Below, one piece after another: positions 61,123 through 64,000 of a stretch of 64,000 nt of DNA. The stretch's first letter is position 1; each line of letters begins with the position of its first letter. The stretch comes from the human T2T-CHM13v2.0 reference genome, Homo sapiens, in assembly GCA_009914755.4 (NCBI GenBank), contig CP086569.2:47808001-47872000 (forward strand), in the 5' to 3' direction. A program made the translations under genes and the position numbers. Below the pieces are notes generated by a model, which was given only the letters and a program-made list of their open reading frames with translations, was not told the origin of the DNA and made no database searches.

Positions 61123-62678
61123 ACATACGTATACATTATGTATATAATAATATACAGTATCATATATATAATATATATAACCTATGTATAATATTGTTTT
61201 ACATCCTGCATCTTATGTTATATATATTGTATAAAATATAATAATTGATAATATATAAGTTTTATAATTATACAATATGACATATACTATATATTATAAT
61301 TTATGACATATATAATATATGTTATATGTCATATATAGAATATATTTTAGGGTTAATATACGTATTAAATATAAATTATACATTATATATATTATATATA
61401 TCTGTTATATATAATACCCATTATGCATAATATATATATTATGTCTATGTTATATATAGTATAAAACAACATATAATAATATATAATTGTATATATAAAA
61501 TGCGACATATAATATATATTATATTTTATAACATATGTAATATATATTATATATTATATATAATACGTTGTATGTATAATACCTATATTAAATATATATT
61601 ATATGACTATGTTATTAATTACATGTCACATGTGTTATATATTATATATTTTACATAGAATATACCGGTTACATACAATATACACTATGTTACCTATAAT
61701 GTATAATTTATTACATGTAAAATAAAGAATGCAATATATTATGTATAATTTATAATATACAATATGTGGAATGAGATATATATAACATATAATATATGAT
61801 ATATGATATACAGTATATGATATATAACATACAATATATGATTCCTAATATATATGGTATGCAATATATATTTTATGATATGTATTCTATATGTTTTATA
61901 TTCTGTTATATATAACTATTTGAAATTATATGTAACTGTATAATATTTTATGTAAATATGTAATATAATATATATAACTATATAATATATTATATATAAC
62001 TATATATTATGTTATATATACTTTTATAACATAATTTACATAAAATATCATAACATAATATATATTATATTATTTCATATTACATAATATATATTACATA
62101 TCACCCAATATAACTAACATACATAATATTATAATATAGATTATATTATGTTATATTAAATATCATATATATCATGTATCATATATTCTATAATATATAT
62201 TACACATTATATAATATGTATGTTGTCTATTATGTGATATATATAACTCTATATATAATTATATTTTTATACATATAACTAGATAAACATGTAATTCTAC
62301 ATATTTTCATTTATAATATGTAGAAGTATATAATCATATATAATTATTTATATTCTATAAAAAATTTTATCATTATATAAATTATAATATATAAAAATTA
62401 TAATATGTACTACAAATATATATATTATATATCATATATGATATAGTACCTTTGTTATATATCATAATACATATAAATGTGTATTATGTTATCTATAATT
62501 ATATAATTTCATATATAAGATGTATAATATGTATCATATATTATATATGTTATGTAATATATATAGTATATATAAGATGACACAGGATAAATATTATATA
62601 CTATGACATATAAAATATATGAGGTTATATGTTACATATAAGGCATAGCACATAACATGTAATATATATCATATATAA
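61123..62678. repeat. AT-rich low-complexity block (unit 26)
   Basis: Homolog of 686-2246. Confidence 0.85.
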
Positions 62679-62972
62679 TTTTTTTTTAGACAGAATCTTT
62701 TCCTGTTGCACAGGGTGGGGTACAATGGCGCCATCTTTGCTCACTGCAACTTCTGCCTCACGGGTCCAAGCGATGGTCCTCCCTCAGCCTCCCAGGTAGC
62801 TGGGACTACACCACACTGGGACTACACCAGCTGCCACCATGCCTAGCTAATTTTTTGGATTTTTAGTAGTGACAGCGTTTCACTGTATTGGCCAGGATGG
62901 TCTTGATCTCTTCACCTTGTGATCCCCTTGCCTTGGCCTCCAAATTTGCTGGGATTACAGGCCTGAGCCAAG
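62679..62972 (-). mobile_element. Alu SINE (unit 27)
   Basis: Reverse-complement Alu at the unit period. It carries the gggtggggtac variant. Confidence 0.9.
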
Positions 62973-63537
62973 ATCCATATTTTTTAAATGAAAAAAAATT
63001 TCAAAGGTACTCTGCTTGGTACAATAATCAAATGTATAAACTGAGGAATAAAACATACCCATGAAACCTACTTATAACTGCATATGGAAAATACAGAGGA
63101 TAATTTTTTAAATAACATATTTTGAAAGCCTTAACTAGTAATTTGAAGAGTTGGCATTTGAAAGGCCAGTATGAATATACCTTCAATGCAGCAACACAGG
63201 TTCCCCATGAGAAAAAACAAACACAGGGAAAATAAAAACACAAAGGTTCAATCTCTTCTGACCTTTGAAAGACACAGCACATACAGTGGTCCTTAGGACG
63301 AAGAGCAGGAGACCCCTAATTCCGTCACCATGGCGATAGGGCATAAACATTGCTGGGTGAGGGCACAATCCACATTGTGAGGTCCAACTGCTGCCAGGAA
63401 GACAGGAGTGCTTTTACATAGACCGAAAGGTCATTGAAGGCTCAGAGTTTTGTTTCAAGAACTGAATCCCAAGCCCACACGTTATTAGGCTGCGCTTCTT
63501 AAAACAAGTTATGAGATGGGAAAAAGGGCACCCACAA

Positions 63538-64000
63538 ACATACGTATACATTATGTATATAATAATATAGAGTGTCATATATATAATATATATAACCTAT
63601 GTATAATATTGTTTTACATCCTGCATCTTATGCTATATATATTGTATAAAATATAATAATTGATAATATATAAGTTTTATAATTATACAATATGACATAT
63701 AGTATATATTATAATTTATGACATATATAATATATGTTATATATCATATACAGAATATATTATACGGTTAATATACGTATTAAATATAAATTATACATTA
63801 TATATATTATATATAATATATCTGTTATATATAATACCCGTTATGCATAATATATATATTATGTCTATGTTATATATAGTATAAAACAACATATAATAAT
63901 ATATAATTGTATATATAAAATGCGACATATAATATATATTATATTTTATAACATATGTAATATATATTATATATTATATATAATACGTTGTATGTATAAT
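63538..64000. repeat. AT-rich low-complexity block (unit 27, truncated by window edge)
   Basis: Homolog of the first ~460 bp of 686-2246. Confidence 0.85.

Overview
This window is primate (most likely human or great-ape) genomic DNA, not prokaryotic. Every repeat unit contains a full-length Alu SINE, which is primate-specific. The whole 64 kb is one head-to-tail tandem array of a ~2.42 kb composite unit, with 26 complete copies and partial copies at both window edges, so the array continues beyond the window. Each unit has three parts. The first is an Alu of ~294 bp whose sense strand is the window minus strand. It looks S/J-like, is heavily CpG-decayed, and carries a small internal duplication. 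The second is a ~565 bp complex, non-repetitive segment that still retains a few CpGs. The third is a ~1.56 kb extremely AT-rich, TA-dominated low-complexity block. I find no credible protein-coding gene, rRNA, tRNA or CRISPR array. The ORFs in the six-frame track are artefacts. One is the same 61-aa frame repeated in every unit with free nonsynonymous and frameshift variation. Others are inside the Alu. The rest are Y/I-rich translations of TA-rich DNA. The most interesting feature is the higher-order architecture. A ~17.3 kb block of 7+ units recurs 26,592 bp (exactly 11 units) downstream at at least ~99.5% identity. A second ~5.4 kb block recurs at a different register of 31,426 bp (13 units). 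Both homologies switch inside the same ~75 bp interval of one unit, which marks a localized crossover or gene-conversion junction. There is also a ~2.1 kb tract repeated one unit out of register, and local unit sub-families along the array. I cannot assign the array to a named macrosatellite from memory, and its composition does not resemble D4Z4, DXZ4, RS447 or SST1. It fits the class of TE-plus-unique-plus-AT-rich composite tandem repeats. All coordinates are read by eye and are good to about +/-3 bp.
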